64,000 bases of DNA, from the NCBI GenBank assembly GCA_002633005.1, contig NMRA01000101.1, forward strand, positions 310,001 through 374,000, given 5' to 3'. The notes beneath the pieces are model-generated. The model was not told the origin of the DNA. It made no database searches and saw only the letters and a list, made by a program, of their open reading frames with translations. This DNA is from Phoronis australis (taxonomy: Eukaryota; Animalia; Phoronida). The position numbers were made by a program, and so were the translations under genes. Of this stretch, positions 12,801 to 24,473 are shown one piece after another (positions within the stretch are counted from its first letter, which is position 1; every line of letters starts with the position of its first letter).

Positions 12801-15182
12801 AGAATTTTGGAACACTTCCACATGGGAAAGGTTGAATCCACTCCAAGAGGAGTAATCACTAGAGATCGCAACATGCAACACACTTATTGAATCAAGAAAG
12901 TGAATCGCCATTTGGTGTTTATAATCCTGAGAACTAGTGGTCATTCCAATGTTGCTTTCCGGATGGCGATTATTGGGAAAACTAAGGAGTTTCCTTGAAG
13001 TTTTGATAGACTGGACTTTCCTTAATGGGAAAGAAACATTTTGTTGACTGAGCACTTAACCAACCTACCAAGTCTTCCCTTGCACCTGAGTATGGAACAA
13101 CTGATACCCGTTTTATAGGGTTATGTGGTCCAAATCAAATGGTAATTTCTGTGGTGGTCAAAGCTAAGTTTATAATCTCTTTACTACGACTTGTAGGAAT
13201 GATTCAATCTTGTTTTTCTGTGTTGTAATTGTATACTTTGCACGCATTATTACATAACATTTAGTTACCGGTATTTCAAAAAGGGCAGTTAATGTAAAAA
13301 TCCTTAATATACACTGGTATATATATCTATATGTATGTATGTATGTATATATTGCAGACTTGAACTGCTAAAATCGAGAAATTTCCAAAATCATGATCTG
13401 ATCTAGTATCACATTTGATTAAACAAGCCTATTGTGTTGGTACACAATGTTGTGTTAGTAAGCTGGTAAGAGCTTACAATCAATGAAGGAATCAGCAGTT
13501 AAGTCTAACTTCTCTGAAAGTCAACTGTTTTCCTTCGTTTTTTGGTGATAGTATTTCATTCAAAACACATCTTCTTCATGACATTCGTTGAATATGGTTT
13601 GGAAATAGTATTTTTTAAATATCAGTTAGCATCAGGCAAGCTTTTTACAGCTGGATTACATGTCGAGCTTGTTTGAATACTTTGGGGCTGTACTGTACTT
13701 CTTTAGTAGTTTCATTTACTTTGAAACTGATATCAAACCATTTTAAAAACATGTATGGCGTGCCCAATTTTATTAGTGAAAATAGTGTAAATATAGATGT
13801 CAGTTTTATACCTCCACTTTTAAAAGTTTCAATGAGGGTAGCTTTGAAATACTGGATCTGTTATTCTAACCCCAGTCATAACCTCTTCAAATACTTGAAT
13901 CCAGAATACATAAGGCATTGTTATTCATCTGCTCTTCTTTGTTTATCGTGGTACAAAACCAGTGAGGCTTGGTTTCTGAACATTGTTTCAAACGAGTTGT
14001 TGACTCAAGCTGAGAATCCGAGCAAACAAACCTCGTACCCCTGCATTAAAGAAATATTTGAAAAATATGGTGGTTTCTTGAATTCAGGGCACTATATTGC
14101 AAACAAGTAAAATTTTACAGTAATGTTTCATTCCTTTAAATGAACTGTCATAACTCTGGAATTTTGTATTAGTGAGTCGGTAGTGAAAAATCATCTGGAA
14201 GTTCTGTAAGTCCTTTATACAGCTTTCTTCCTGTTTTATAGGTTCTTTGATATTAGCTAGAAAATTACCATAAGTGAACTCAGCTGTGAGTGACACTAGA
14301 TATTAGGGAGACTGAATTACAGGTAGAATCTTTGTGGAACAGAACGTTAGGTTTGGTAGTCGCAGTGCCTAATGAAGCAAAATATAGTGCTTCTGTTATG
14401 CACTTTTTAATGGATTGATTTGTGAAGTCCATTCAATATTTTCAGCAACAGTTGTTTCCTGTAGGCGACAGTTTTATGCACACAAATATGTGGTTGTCAT
14501 TCAGTCTTTGCTCCTTTGGTCATCTGTCAATTTTCTTAAAAACAATTCATGAATCATGATGAAATTTCTAAGTATATGGCCTGGATGTGGTGGCACCAGT
14601 TGATTTGACTTCCGTGGCACCGCCTGTTAGCCATTTTAAATCTTTATCAAAAATTCCTTGTCGGTCAATTTCTGGTGAAACAAGACAAATTTCATCGAAA
14701 TTCGATGTAGTCAAGTTTTGGACGGACTCGACTACTCTGTTTTTTACCTCTTGTTAACCATTTTATGTTGCAGTCAGAAATTCAATTTACTATTTTTGCT
14801 TGTCTTGATAACTCCTGATTATGGAAACTGGTGCTCAATTGCATTTTGACCGGGTGGCACTATGCTCAATTAAATTATCCCATAGGTAGTCCTGCGCTGA
14901 AGTTATACAATATGAAGTTGGTTTTGTTTCACCCTTTTCCTATCAAAATCAATGCTAATACTGTTTAATTCCATGGAAATGGACCATTTTCTCAAACAGT
15001 TCTTGTTGTGAATGCTCTGAGATTATTGAATATGGTTAACTCTCTTGCAGGGTTGTGACATTGACGCAGTGCTGGGCAAAAGACTCGCTTCCATACCATG
15101 CATTGCTCAAAGGCTATTGGATGATAACAAACACAGTCTGGCGTATTTCCTTGTACAGATTGATTTCATGTCATCACACTAA
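778..15182 (+). CDS. SPIDR: SPIDR (KIAA0146)-like DNA repair scaffold protein, 3' portion; 7 coding exons in window, 5' end upstream of window
   Basis: Exons 778-852, 4320-4467, 6473-6616, 6817-6910, 9538-9643, 12114-12164 and 15051-15182 all have AG/GT ends and compatible phases. Joined, they give ...GAIESVDEDSACTWFSCPHC...RCTSCMVAVDSPRIRMNMEV...TVKIKLLEKTILQVL...GCDIDAVLGK. This matches the recalled human SPIDR C-terminus (GTVVGVDESTAFSWPVCDMC...CGDCSRVVTSP...VKVKLLQRSISSLL...YEVKSVLGK). Its position next to a convergent C/EBP gene mirrors human SPIDR-CEBPD. Confidence 0.85.
2069..3158 (+). mobile_element. Non-autonomous Helentron-associated interspersed element (HINE/DINE-1-like)
   Basis: 5' T-run plus inverted repeat atgcgcccacata/tatgtggacgcat; (GTCC)n microsatellite at about 2119-2165; about 150-bp internal subrepeats (cctagtggc at about 2291, 2438, 2598, 2741); 3' subTIR tgtgggcgcat followed by hairpin caacgc-tcc-gcgttg and ctcttgtt. 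Confidence 0.75.
3454..3608. mobile_element. MITE (CAGTGGCGGAT-type ends, hAT-like)
   Basis: gggcggatcc...atccgccactg ends; near-identical reverse copy at about 62903-63047 and a related copy at about 24132-24473. Confidence 0.6.
3648..3737. repeat. Tandem duplication, about 43-bp unit
   Basis: tgtcaaacgaacctctgctctgctgtaagcctacctgtttg occurs twice. Confidence 0.8.
4320..4467 (+). CDS. SPIDR: SPIDR-like exon (VHYGLLYISDLSL...ILCRDILYSS)
   Basis: ctctag acceptor, gtaagc donor; phase 0-1. Confidence 0.7.
4635..5495 (+). mobile_element. 5'-truncated Penelope-like retroelement remnant (RT thumb/linker plus GIY-YIG endonuclease) in a SPIDR intron
   Basis: Open frame HPFHCKKSLPYSLALRIRRICS...C..RCKMC...IIYLITCKKCSIQYVGQT...RFRNHR...HF...REYWIDKLNTVEPHGLN, the typical PLE GIY-YIG signature; no RT core present. 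Confidence 0.88.
6220..6497. repeat. 69-bp tandem repeat x4 spanning a SPIDR splice acceptor
   Basis: Unit tgatgtagtggtatgtcatggccttgtctgttgtatactttaggtacccttgtggcagactcctactaa; AG ends at 6265, 6334, 6403, 6472. Confidence 0.95.
6473..6616 (+). CDS. SPIDR: SPIDR-like exon (GTLVADSYSQL...DASLVVFS)
   Basis: ctttag acceptor (last of 4 tandem copies), gtaagt donor; phase 1-1. Confidence 0.75.
6817..6910 (+). CDS. SPIDR: SPIDR-like exon with first CxxC (GAIESVDEDSACTWFSCPHC)
   Basis: ttacag acceptor, gtacag donor; phase 1-2. Confidence 0.85.
8715..8840. repeat. 60-bp tandem duplication
   Basis: taaacaagt.gtttgacaaatagacaag.agttt.ctaaacac.c.agtgattggtcaaa occurs twice. Confidence 0.8.
9117..9436. 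mobile_element. Fold-back/MITE-like element with long imperfect inverted repeats
   Basis: caccaaacccatggtacaaa (about 9185) versus tttgtaccacgggtttggtg (about 9366); ctttgat versus atcaaag in the flanks. Confidence 0.45.
9538..9643 (+). CDS. SPIDR: SPIDR-like exon with second CxxC (CTSCMVAVDSP...TVKIK)
   Basis: tttacag acceptor, gtctgt donor; phase 2-0. Confidence 0.85.
11200..11700 (+). mobile_element. Degenerate HINE-family fragment
   Basis: tagtggcaattttagttttttacg and ggattttcatgaaattt motifs shared with 2069-3158. Confidence 0.55.
12114..12164 (+). CDS. SPIDR: SPIDR-like exon (LLEKTILQVLPTDYQDQ)
   Basis: gcacag acceptor, gtaaga donor; phase 0-0. Confidence 0.75.
15051..15182 (+). CDS. 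SPIDR: SPIDR-like last coding exon (GCDIDAVLGK...FMSSH*)
   Basis: cttgcag acceptor, TAA at 15180-15182, ATTAAA at about 15238. Confidence 0.8.
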   Translation, partial: GCDIDAVLGKRLASIPCIAQRLLDDNKHSLAYFLVQIDFMSSH

Positions 15183-15299
15183 CAGAGTACCGTATTGTAT
15201 TTCCAAGTAACTTTGTTTTAGAAAGTTTTAATATTCAATTAAATACTTGTGAAAGCTGTCATAATGCCTTTAGTTTTGCTGAATTGTTTGTTGGTTTTT

Positions 15300-16267
15300 T
15301 GTACACACGCTCGCACACGTATTTATGTTGGCGCATTATCATCACCATCCAGACAGCGTCCACCCTTAATGGGCGTCTGAAAGTTTTCAGACATGTTCCT
15401 GTTATGGATGGGACGTCACAAACAAATTTTCCGTCAGATTCAAGTACCTGTGTAATCTCGTATGGCATCTATATCTATAGGGTTCCGTGACAGATTTTCA
15501 TGAAATGTGGCAAATAGGCTCACATAATGGAGGCACGTTTCCATTTTTCATAGATTCTACGTGATCTGCACCCCCTGCTGACCAATTTATTACTTTTCAT
15601 GGTGTGTTTGGCGTATGCCCCTCTATCCTCCAAACCGTTTTTTGAAATTTCGCAGATAGATGAGCATGGTTGACTTTCATTTTTGCGGTGGCACTACTGT
15701 GGCACCTCCTAGTGGTAATTTAGGTTTTCTTTGCCGTGACTCTATATCTACCAAGTTCCTTAATGGATTTTTATGAAATTTGGTATCTGTGTTCTAGTTG
15801 AGGATAGTACAAGTACGCTTGATGTTGATTTTGGGACAAGTCTAACTACTGTGGTGTCCCCTTGTGGCAATTTAGCTTTTCTTTGAGCGCGTCTTCATGT
15901 CTATTATGTTCCATAGGATGGATGTTTACAAAATGTAGTAAATATGTTTTTATCAGGACACCACGGTGCTTTCCTCGTTTTCCTATGGATTTGACTCCTT
16001 CTGAGCCCCATAGTGGCCATTTTCATGCCCCCACATATTTATATGTGGTGCATATTGCTGTCATCTCTGTCTGGGCATCCATCATCCGGGCGTCCACAAC
16101 TGTATCTTCTAAACCCCTCGTAGGATATTGATGAGATTTCAGATGTGTTCCGACATATTTTGCTCCATCTTGTGGCCATTTTTATGATACAAATAAACAC
16201 TCCTAGAAGCACACCATTTGCGGTGCATTCATGGGTGCATTTCACCACTCCGCATTGCTCTTGTTAT
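15300..16267 (+). mobile_element. HINE-family element (diverged copy, partly duplicated)
   Basis: Same subrepeats; 3' end tgggtgcatttcaccactccgcattgctcttgtt matches 3123-3158; a second 5'-end motif (tgcccccacatatttatatgtggtgcat) at about 16025. Confidence 0.7.
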
Positions 16268-18488
16268 TTTACATACTATAGGATATAAATCATATTAATA
16301 AACCTCCTTATAATAGGAGTGGAAATAGGTGCTTGTGTCGAGGCCCAAGTTGTATGCTACCGCGTAAAAAGTAAGGAAAGCGTTAAGAAGTTTCCCGCTC
16401 TTTCGTTGAATCGGCCAGTGCTAACGTACCGGTACACGCATTGTCCTTGCAAGTTGCTGAATAGCGGTTCCAAGAGTAAGTCTGTCCGTGAAGAGCCTTC
16501 TTGACGCACGCTGTGTGGGAGTGCAGGTCAATATAGGTGACACCATGGTGAGATTTGGGAAACAAATATTTTACGTCATATGTCTGGAAACGCAAGCCAC
16601 CGTTTGACGCGATTAGGGTTTTAATGAATAGACCTGTGTTAATAAAGGTGAGGGTGGCATTGTGAAGGTGGTATTATTGAGGCTTTCATAATGGTCAACG
16701 AGGGAGCGAGCTGCGTTGAGGACTGTCATTGACAATCTACTGATTGCGAAACAGCACATATAAGCCTACACAAATCGTACTTAGAGTGGCGTATATGAAG
16801 TAAAATCCCACGAGACATTATTCCGCGATACGAGAAATAATGTCGAGTGGGATATTACTTCATATCCGCCAATCGAGGTACGGTTTGTATTTATCCTTCG
16901 AATTCCCAATTTTGTTTTATTTTTTGGCAAATTTTCTAAATACTTTACCCAAACTGTTCTCGTGGCGGATTACATCCTGTATATGTATGTAGTTGCGCGT
17001 TAGCTTACAAGTTTTATTCTAGTAAAATAAAGTTTTAAATGTAACGATTTATTACTTGCAAAGAGATAACACAACAACGCTAGCTGTAACATTTCCTGGA
17101 AGTAATTAAATAACAACAATATATACTGTAGTTACCAAGGAATCGGCGCTTCGGCTTCAGTTGCAGCATTGACTATAGACAACACGTGTATCTATGGTTG
17201 CAGACGATATTTAATTTAGGCCCTAGCAAATGAAAACAAAACTGAGACAGAAGCGTCATATAATTAACAGTTTTGTAGCAGATGTTACGTTTGGGTCCTG
17301 ATTGCATGTCTAGTGTTATTCATATACTGCTGCAATTGTATACTTTAAACAATTTTCGGACAGTTTGATGATCAAGCCGGCAACGACGTTGAGTCGACAT
17401 TGACCTACCTTTTGAACTTTCCATGTCAGAGGGCACTGTTGATGTAGTGCGGGGGTGAATACCGAAAACAATATCACATGGCCACATTGCACTCGATTGA
17501 TTCAACACGTTTAGGGATAACTTAGACTTGGAAACTGGAAGTATTTCATCGAGTTTTTAGAAGTTTGAATAAGGTAATCCATGGTCTTTTCGGCTCTGTT
17601 GACTGCCGCTGCATTTAATATTTGCTTGCACAAAATGATAAATCGTAGTTTTGTTGGTGAAATGAGTGCTCTACAATTTAAATTATTCTTATTTTTTTCG
17701 AAGTAGCAAATAACAATTATGTATTGCATTTTTATAAAATGACGCCTGTATTTTTTTTAGAAAATTTGTTAAAGCACGCGAAAGTGGTAGGTACATGTTA
17801 AGCCCCCAGTCTTAGCGTAGGCCTACAAGGCATTCCGTAGACACAGCAGTCCCGCGAATGAAGCTGGTGTGATCAAGTGCTTCGCCTGTAATACATGGCG
17901 ATATTTCGATCTTGTCTTGCGGTATCTTGCAATTTCGCTAGGTTCGCGATTCACGCCTAGACAACGATGGGCCATCGGACCAACCCGATATTTTCAGCAT
18001 GCCCGTGTCAATTAGTATCAAATATCTGAATCGAGGAATAAGATTCTAATGTTTACCTGAAGGCGCTCAAGGTGGTTAATAAGAATTGCATTTCACAATA
18101 ACCAGGTCCATCTTAAGGACACACCCAGAGGTGAAAATTCTATTAATCCGCCCGTTGCAGAGCCGGCTCCTTGGTAAATTCTCTTTCCTGCTTTTTCTAT
18201 GTTTTATATTCCACTTTATTCTACGACTACCAAAGTGGTCTGATGTGGCATGGAGTCGAAGAAGGACTGAACCAATTTATAGGAAAGCTGACCGAACAAC
18301 AATCGAAAACAGTAGGCATTCGAGCAGCTTCACGGTGTAGTGTCAAGTTCGGCTTTCAGTACTCCCATTGGAGTTTCAAAATGCGTGGTTTTCCGGTATT
18401 CAAGACCCGTATCATCATTATAGAAACTGGCATTTCACCTTCCAGTGGTACATGTTGCAAATTTGGCGAATCAAGTAGCTGATATAAT

Positions 18489-18646
18489 CAGTGTTGTAGT
18501 GGTAAAATTAGAGGTAAGTAGGCGCCCTGAGCCCACCGTATGACCTTGAACACTGAACGTATCTTACGGTGCGTAGGCGCTACGTTCAAATGCCAAAATG
18601 TGGTTGGCTGCGCCTACGTGCGCCTGTACGCCCCACTACAGCACTG
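18489..18646. mobile_element. hAT-type MITE with 8-bp TSD
   Basis: TIRs cagtgttgtagtgg / ccactacagcactg; perfect direct repeat gatataat at 18481-18488 and 18647-18654. Confidence 0.85.
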
Positions 18647-21600
18647 GATATAATGCGTTTGGTTTAAGTTTGTTTTCATCCACGAAATACTACTAGAATT
18701 AAGCTTTGACTGACACCATCAAGTGGCTCCTCGCAGCCAGTCGGTCTCCAGGTCAGCAATATTACAGATATGCTGTTGTTCCAAGTGTCTCAAAAGATGT
18801 CATACCTATAAGCTGCGTTCATTGTTTACTGAGCCTTGGTGCTCGTGCACTAACGCGTCAATGCTACAGTATTGAGGTACGAATACAACACAGGTCATCT
18901 GATTTTTAAAGCTGTTGTCAAAAGAAACTGACGTCAATGATCGATACAACAAACACGTACTGAATGGGACCGTACGAATAGAAGCGATTGAGGTATTGTG
19001 CCTCTGTGGTGAAGGTTATTTTTGCATTTGCGGGTTAAAGCAAAGAGCCAATTATTTCGAGCGGGCTGCAACTACCTAAAAACTATATAGTCCCTCGGGG
19101 CCGGCTTGACCACGTCTTTTTACTATAAATTAGCAAAAAAGAAAAGTACATTCAACAACGAGGACATCAATAACACGAATAAGTTTCGTTTGTTATAAAT
19201 GTTCAAGATAAAATTCAAAAACCGTTAAAAATTTCCAATAACACTTCGTTTTAGTTTTATGCAACTTTTGTATTTTTTTCATCAAAATCCTAAAATACCT
19301 ATATTTGATAGTTTCTCATATGAAAGCGGACATTTAAAATCAATTCTTAACAGCATTTCGGATAACAGTGCACAGAGCATTGATAGTACTCAGTCATTTC
19401 TGAGATGTGATGTTCAGAAAGTAAGCCAATTAATTTTGGCCATTTTTGTAGGGTCCTCCATAACCCTAGTAGACTAGTTCACGCGAGTATTAAAAGCAAC
19501 TTTACGCACGTAATTTGCGAGTCACCCAACTCGGTACACTAGATCGGTTGTTCTAGTTCGTGGTCTTAGTGGCCCCGTCAGATAAGTATGATTTCTCATG
19601 GTCGGCGTGGACTCGACTTTGGGTAGTTTACTATTATTTGTTCATGTGTTTGAAAACTGTTCATTAATTACCCATTCTTTGGTAGGAGAAATTACATGCC
19701 GTTTACCACTAAATCAACCAAAGTATGACGCAGCAAAAATGTCTTACTTAGGTTTTTAAAACCCATGCATGAAAACCGATTATCGGACTGTATTGACTGT
19801 CGTGACACGAACACATCGTGTTACGTGGAGGTCCTTTCACACGGCAATGAAATACGATGCACATTTCAATCAGCATAAGATCTTATTACATACAAACGCT
19901 CACCGTGGACAATAGACTAACATATTTGTTTGATATCGACGTTGCATTGTTCAACGTTTGCTTTCGCGTTGTTTGAGCGGGAAAGCAGTGAAACGCTACA
20001 ATTGCTTCAGCCCTGCAAATATTTGTGACGAGAGTGGGCCCGGTGCTCAGTACGGTTTGGTGTTCTTGTGCGATGAATTACAATTTTCTCTAATATTTTC
20101 CCGGACATATTTACGCCCGTGATAACCGAGGCGGCACTTGCGTGTTATTCCGCCGCAATCACCGGCTGTCGAAAATGTAAATTTTTGTACACTTGATTCA
20201 ATCAATCACACGAAATTTGTTTCAAACCTTTCCATACCACGATAAAAATGCTTTCCATTAGCTGACTGAGTAAGCTTAGCTAATCCATTGTGTTGGCACG
20301 TTATTACGTTGACATGTAAAAAGGCAACAGTCTCGGGTTGGTCAACCTTCCAAAATTTGTCAGCTAATTCTCCATTTGATGGCAGAATTTTCCCCCATAG
20401 TAAACATAAACGGTGAGCCCAGTTGACGGTATTTCGTGTCGGGGCTTGCTATCAGAAATTCCCGGTTCTATTTTTCAGGTCAAAAAGTTATTTTTAATTG
20501 TTCGTGTCTGCGCAAGCGCACGGTCAAATTAGATCCATGGCTTAAGATTCTAGTGGGAGCACTGCCATGTACTTTTAAAAAATCCGAGTCAGAAGAACTT
20601 GCCCATATATTTCCGAAATATTAAGCATTTTCTTGCTGCTGCCAAGAGCTTTGGAGAAACCGATGCCACGATACAAATGACAATAGCTTTTTGTGTAGTT
20701 TGCCCTGAATTCAAATGACAAAATGGAATAATTTAAAAAATATATTCAATAACATGTCAATAAACATACGACACCAAATGATTTCAAACCAACAAGCCAG
20801 GAAATAACTAAAAACAAACCTAAAACTACATAACAATGTTACATGACAAGATGTCGGATGTTAAGAGATGCTGGTTAATAATGAGTGACACGTGACAAAC
20901 ATACACTTATATGTATATATATACCACGTATATTGAGTGACCTTGCAATGTTCTAATGGCAACTATGAAACTACTAAACCCTACGTTCGATGATAAAACT
21001 AAGTGGCCGACACGTAAACCAAGCGACCGCTACCTAAGACTCAATGTTTGCACTTTGGCTTCTAGGAAGTTCGAGTGCAATTGCGTTACTTTGGTACAAC
21101 ACCTTGGCTCTGCGGCTACACTCGAAATCTAACTCACGACATGAATTATTATTGAATAATAACGGTCATCACTGTTTCCTTTTCCAATTGCACACTATAT
21201 CGTCAAACTTAGGACTTAGTCACCTGTGCGACTGCCTCAGCACGTCGGCCAACTTGGTTGATAACCTTCCCAACCATGATGGTCATCGCTGGGGAACTAA
21301 ATAGAGGCGAGCCTACAAGAAACGTGTTCAGAGGTTCGACAGAGGTGTGCAATAGACCTAATCTACAGCTATATACAAGGATATATACACGGGTCATAAC
21401 CACTTGTTACACACAAATAGTCCGGAGACAAGACTGTCAGAAGTTTTGCCATCTTTCCGGAGAGTATTGGGTGAACGCTCCCGTCGAATGTTCCGGTGAT
21501 CACTCCCGTTAACGTGATAATCATTTTTACACGTAGGTGAAGATTCCTTAAGATTACTCATTGTCACCGCTCCTTGTAAAGAAGATAATGACAAGAATTG

Positions 21601-21702
21601 ACACTGCATAATGTCCGCAGAAAAGTCATTAGCACCAATGGTAAAATGTTCGCTTCCGGTCTCCATATCACTGCAGGCAGATCAGGTGCTACGGTAATGC
21701 AT

Positions 21703-22563
21703 TTACTGTTGCAGGTATTTTTGCAAGTCTTCGGGAAGTGAGGCACCGACGTTCAGGAAAAGACCCTTGAGAACTGTGAGTTCCTTGGTGAGGAGGTCGA
21801 CTTTTTTCGTCAACTTGTCGTTTTCGGTGGTCAGCTCATGCACGCGCTGCTCGGTTTCTATTTGTCTCTGCTTCGCCTTGTCGCGACTGCGGCGTACGGC
21901 GACGTTATTCCTTGCTCGTTTTGCTTTGTACTCCTCAGAGTCCTTAGGAAGGCCGCGCTTAGCTTTACTGCGACCGGACAAGGTTCTAGAACCGGAACTG
22001 CTCGCTGAGGTGCTCGGGCTAGGAGTAGCGCACGTGCTGGACACGGACTCGACCTTAATAGTCAATCCGTTTGTTGTTGTCGTGGTTGGTGCTACTGTTT
22101 GTCCTATGGTCCCCAAGTTTGCAAGAGTGTCAAGTTCGGAAAAGCACGGCAGGTCAGCGAGATCAGCCTCGTCTATTTTCACCCAGTCCGAGTCGAGCGT
22201 GTCTGAATATTCACTCACAGTTCGCGCCTGTGGCATGGGCACCGCTTGTTGTTGAGTTCTCAACGTCGTGCTAACGTCAATTGGGAACTGTTGAAGCACA
22301 GGTGTGAAGTTGCCCTGTGCAAGGCTAGTTGCAGTAGCAGGTGCAATTGTCTGGTTTGAGTCCGCACCGACTAATTCCTCCAAATAACTCGTCAATATTT
22401 GATCGGATATTCCACCATCCGGTTCTTCTTCTAATAGCCCTTGAAAGTCAAGGGGAAGTTCGTTAGAATCTATCGCGTTTATATTTCTGTGGTCAGGCTT
22501 AAGAAAAGAATTCTGTTTCTCGTCGAAAGTCGAATCAGCTTCATAAAGTACGGGCGAAGGCAT
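21703..22563 (-). CDS. CEBP: CCAAT/enhancer-binding protein, alpha/beta/delta/epsilon-type bZIP transcription factor (intronless, 286 aa from MPSPVLYEAD)
   Basis: bZIP DSEEYKAKRARNNVAVRRSRDKAKQRQIETEQRVHELTTENDKLTKKVDLLTKELTVLKGLF. The N-terminus MPSPVLYEAD and the box INAIDSNELPLDFQGLLE resemble vertebrate C/EBP activation boxes. The frame stays open upstream to an ATG at 22833. Confidence 0.93.
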   Translation of the reverse strand: MPSPVLYEADSTFDEKQNSFLKPDHRNINAIDSNELPLDFQGLLEEEPDGGISDQILTSYLEELVGADSNQTIAPATATSLAQGNFTPVLQQFPIDVSTTLRTQQQAVPMPQARTVSEYSDTLDSDWVKIDEADLADLPCFSELDTLANLGTIGQTVAPTTTTTNGLTIKVESVSSTCATPSPSTSASSSGSRTLSGRSKAKRGLPKDSEEYKAKRARNNVAVRRSRDKAKQRQIETEQRVHELTTENDKLTKKVDLLTKELTVLKGLFLNVGASLPEDLQKYLQQ

Positions 22564-22582
22564 GCCCAGCGTAAGCGAGCAT
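22541..22582 (-). other. Out-of-frame upstream ORF (MLAYAGHAFARTL*) overlapping the C/EBP start codon
   Basis: ATG at 22582, 19 nt upstream of the main ATG at 22563; TGA at 22543-22541. Confidence 0.65.
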
Positions 22583-22794
22583 GATGAGTTCGGCGACAGC
22601 ACCTGGTCGTTGTAGTAGCTTGACTCGTCTTGTGTAGACACGCCAAAGTCTACAATACCAAATTCCAGTGTCGGATCTATTTTGAAGCTGAAGTCGGCTC
22701 CTAGAAAAACTGGGAATTCCAACTTCGTCTTAACAGAGTAACGTGACCTCGACGACTTGAAATCGTAAAGCAGAATGGAGAAATCCCTTCGAGT

Positions 22795-23176
22795 GCCTAT
22801 TAATAACATCTGCCTTACACAAAATAGTTCCATTCATAAATTACTCCGCGTAACTCTATTTTTGTTTATTTATTTCTATAACTTTGTTGCGCTGACTTGG
22901 TAGTTGTTTACAAGTAAGTTTTAATATTTAAGTTGTTGAATCAATCATTTAGTCTAAAAAGCTCTTTGAAATTAGACAATTGTATTGTGAACTACTTTAA
23001 GGTGTGCGCATATTACAGTAGTAAAGAAGCTTCTATTTTTAGGTATTCGTAATAGTCTTGTGCTGGGATTGGTTGATAAGAATAGTTACTGACGAGAGGC
23101 TGAGACGTCAGAGGAACAGTTTATATTTAGAACAGCGTTTATTTGAATGGCGCTCGTTGTTTAGTAGATGACGTCG
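22795..23176 (-). promoter_or_regulatory. Putative C/EBP promoter: TATA-like element, CCAAT box and CRE-like sites
   Basis: TATTAATAG (- strand, about 22797-22805), CCAAT (23068-23072), TGACG (23090), GACGTCA (23104-23110), TGACGTC (23169-23175). Confidence 0.5.
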
Positions 23177-24131
23177 GTTGCTATGCAAAGAATGAGTTGT
23201 GTTTACTCATGCGGTCACAAGACTCGGTGCTTTTCAGATAATATGCTACTACAAAGCTAAAGGCTGGTGTGAAAAAGTGGGCTTTTAGGTATACCCTGGG
23301 AATATTGTCTAGGTACTAAAGGGACAACTTGATCCTGATCAGTTCGTACTAAAAATAAATTGCACTTGGTGGCTGCCAAACCCGCCTTCCGTCCAAGAGT
23401 GCTAACTTTTTTTAAATTGATATAACCGGCAACATTGAAGTGTGAGATGAACAGAACTAGTGTTACTCAAATTTGATATTTCGGACATTTCATCAGTTGT
23501 TAGGAGCTTTTTGTGAAAAATGCTATATTTTATTAGTGAACCTGTTTTTCTGTTACTTTTATTTTCACAATAAATCGAAGAGGCCCGATGAGTCTTGACT
23601 TCCCAGAATGCTGAACCGTGCGACTCAGGCTTTTGGGTGCCTCCATACTCTGACTTGCAAGCCCACTTTTCCAGGCATTGACTTGTAATTTTAGAGTTCA
23701 AACAATGACCAACCACCCAGTGCACACTCTACCCCCAAACAACTGCATAGGTTAGCAATGAGTATTAATGGTCAGATTATCGGATTTTCTGGCAAAGCGG
23801 ATGTTTAGGAAAGCGAGTTTTGTGCAATTATGCCGACTGGCCGAGATTATTGGAAAACTCCAGTGAGACCCATCGAAGGCTTCGATCTGCAGTAATACAC
23901 AAAAAGACGGGAAAAAAGCTTATCAAAAACAGTTTCAGGTTTACCCTTAAAATCAGTTTAAAGTGAGGTATCAAGCTTAATATTTCTGGAAGACGATCGA
24001 GGAGAGGCCTGCTGACCCACTCGAGTGCCGCGTTTCACCCGAGAAATCTCTGCACTCGAATGCTCCGGCAACTTATTCTTGCACGGTTCAGCACTCGATT
24101 TTGTTCCAAAATGCTGTAATAACTGATTTAA

Positions 24132-24473
24132 CAGTGGCAGATCTAGGATATGATGACTGGGGCAACATTTTGTCTGGGGCAATGGAGCAAAGCACGATCG
24201 CATGCATGCACGCACCCTGCATAAAATATAGGGGGCCCGAAATTCTGGGAATGTGGATCTTTCACTAAAATTCAAACGGAGCCTAAAAAAATAACGTTTG
24301 CGCCGGCAGTTTGATTAGGACACACAAACTAGATTGTTAGATATTGTTCCAGTCGCATGATAATTGCCGGATTTCATTAGTAATCTCAATATTACCTCAC
24401 GATCTTGCTGTTTGTTTTTTTGTGGCAGCCAAAGGTGGGCGGGCCCCCTGAGCCCCCCTCTAAATCCGCCTGT
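24132..24473. mobile_element. MITE, same end type as 3454-3608
   Basis: cagtggcagatctagg ... cccccctctaaatccgcctgtg. Confidence 0.5.

Noticed and set aside
12250-14300. Coding-like stretch with several short ORFs, including the 145-aa ORF at 13673-14110
   Set aside because: Possibly a decayed transposon ORF, but it has many stops and no motif I can name
21767-22255. 162-aa antisense ORF over C/EBP
   Set aside because: Shadow of the bZIP coding strand with no recognisable motif
22564-22833. ATG at 22833 as the main C/EBP start (376 aa)
   Set aside because: It lies upstream of the TATA-like element at about 22800, and family-like sequence starts at MPSPVLYEAD; kept only as a possible extended isoform
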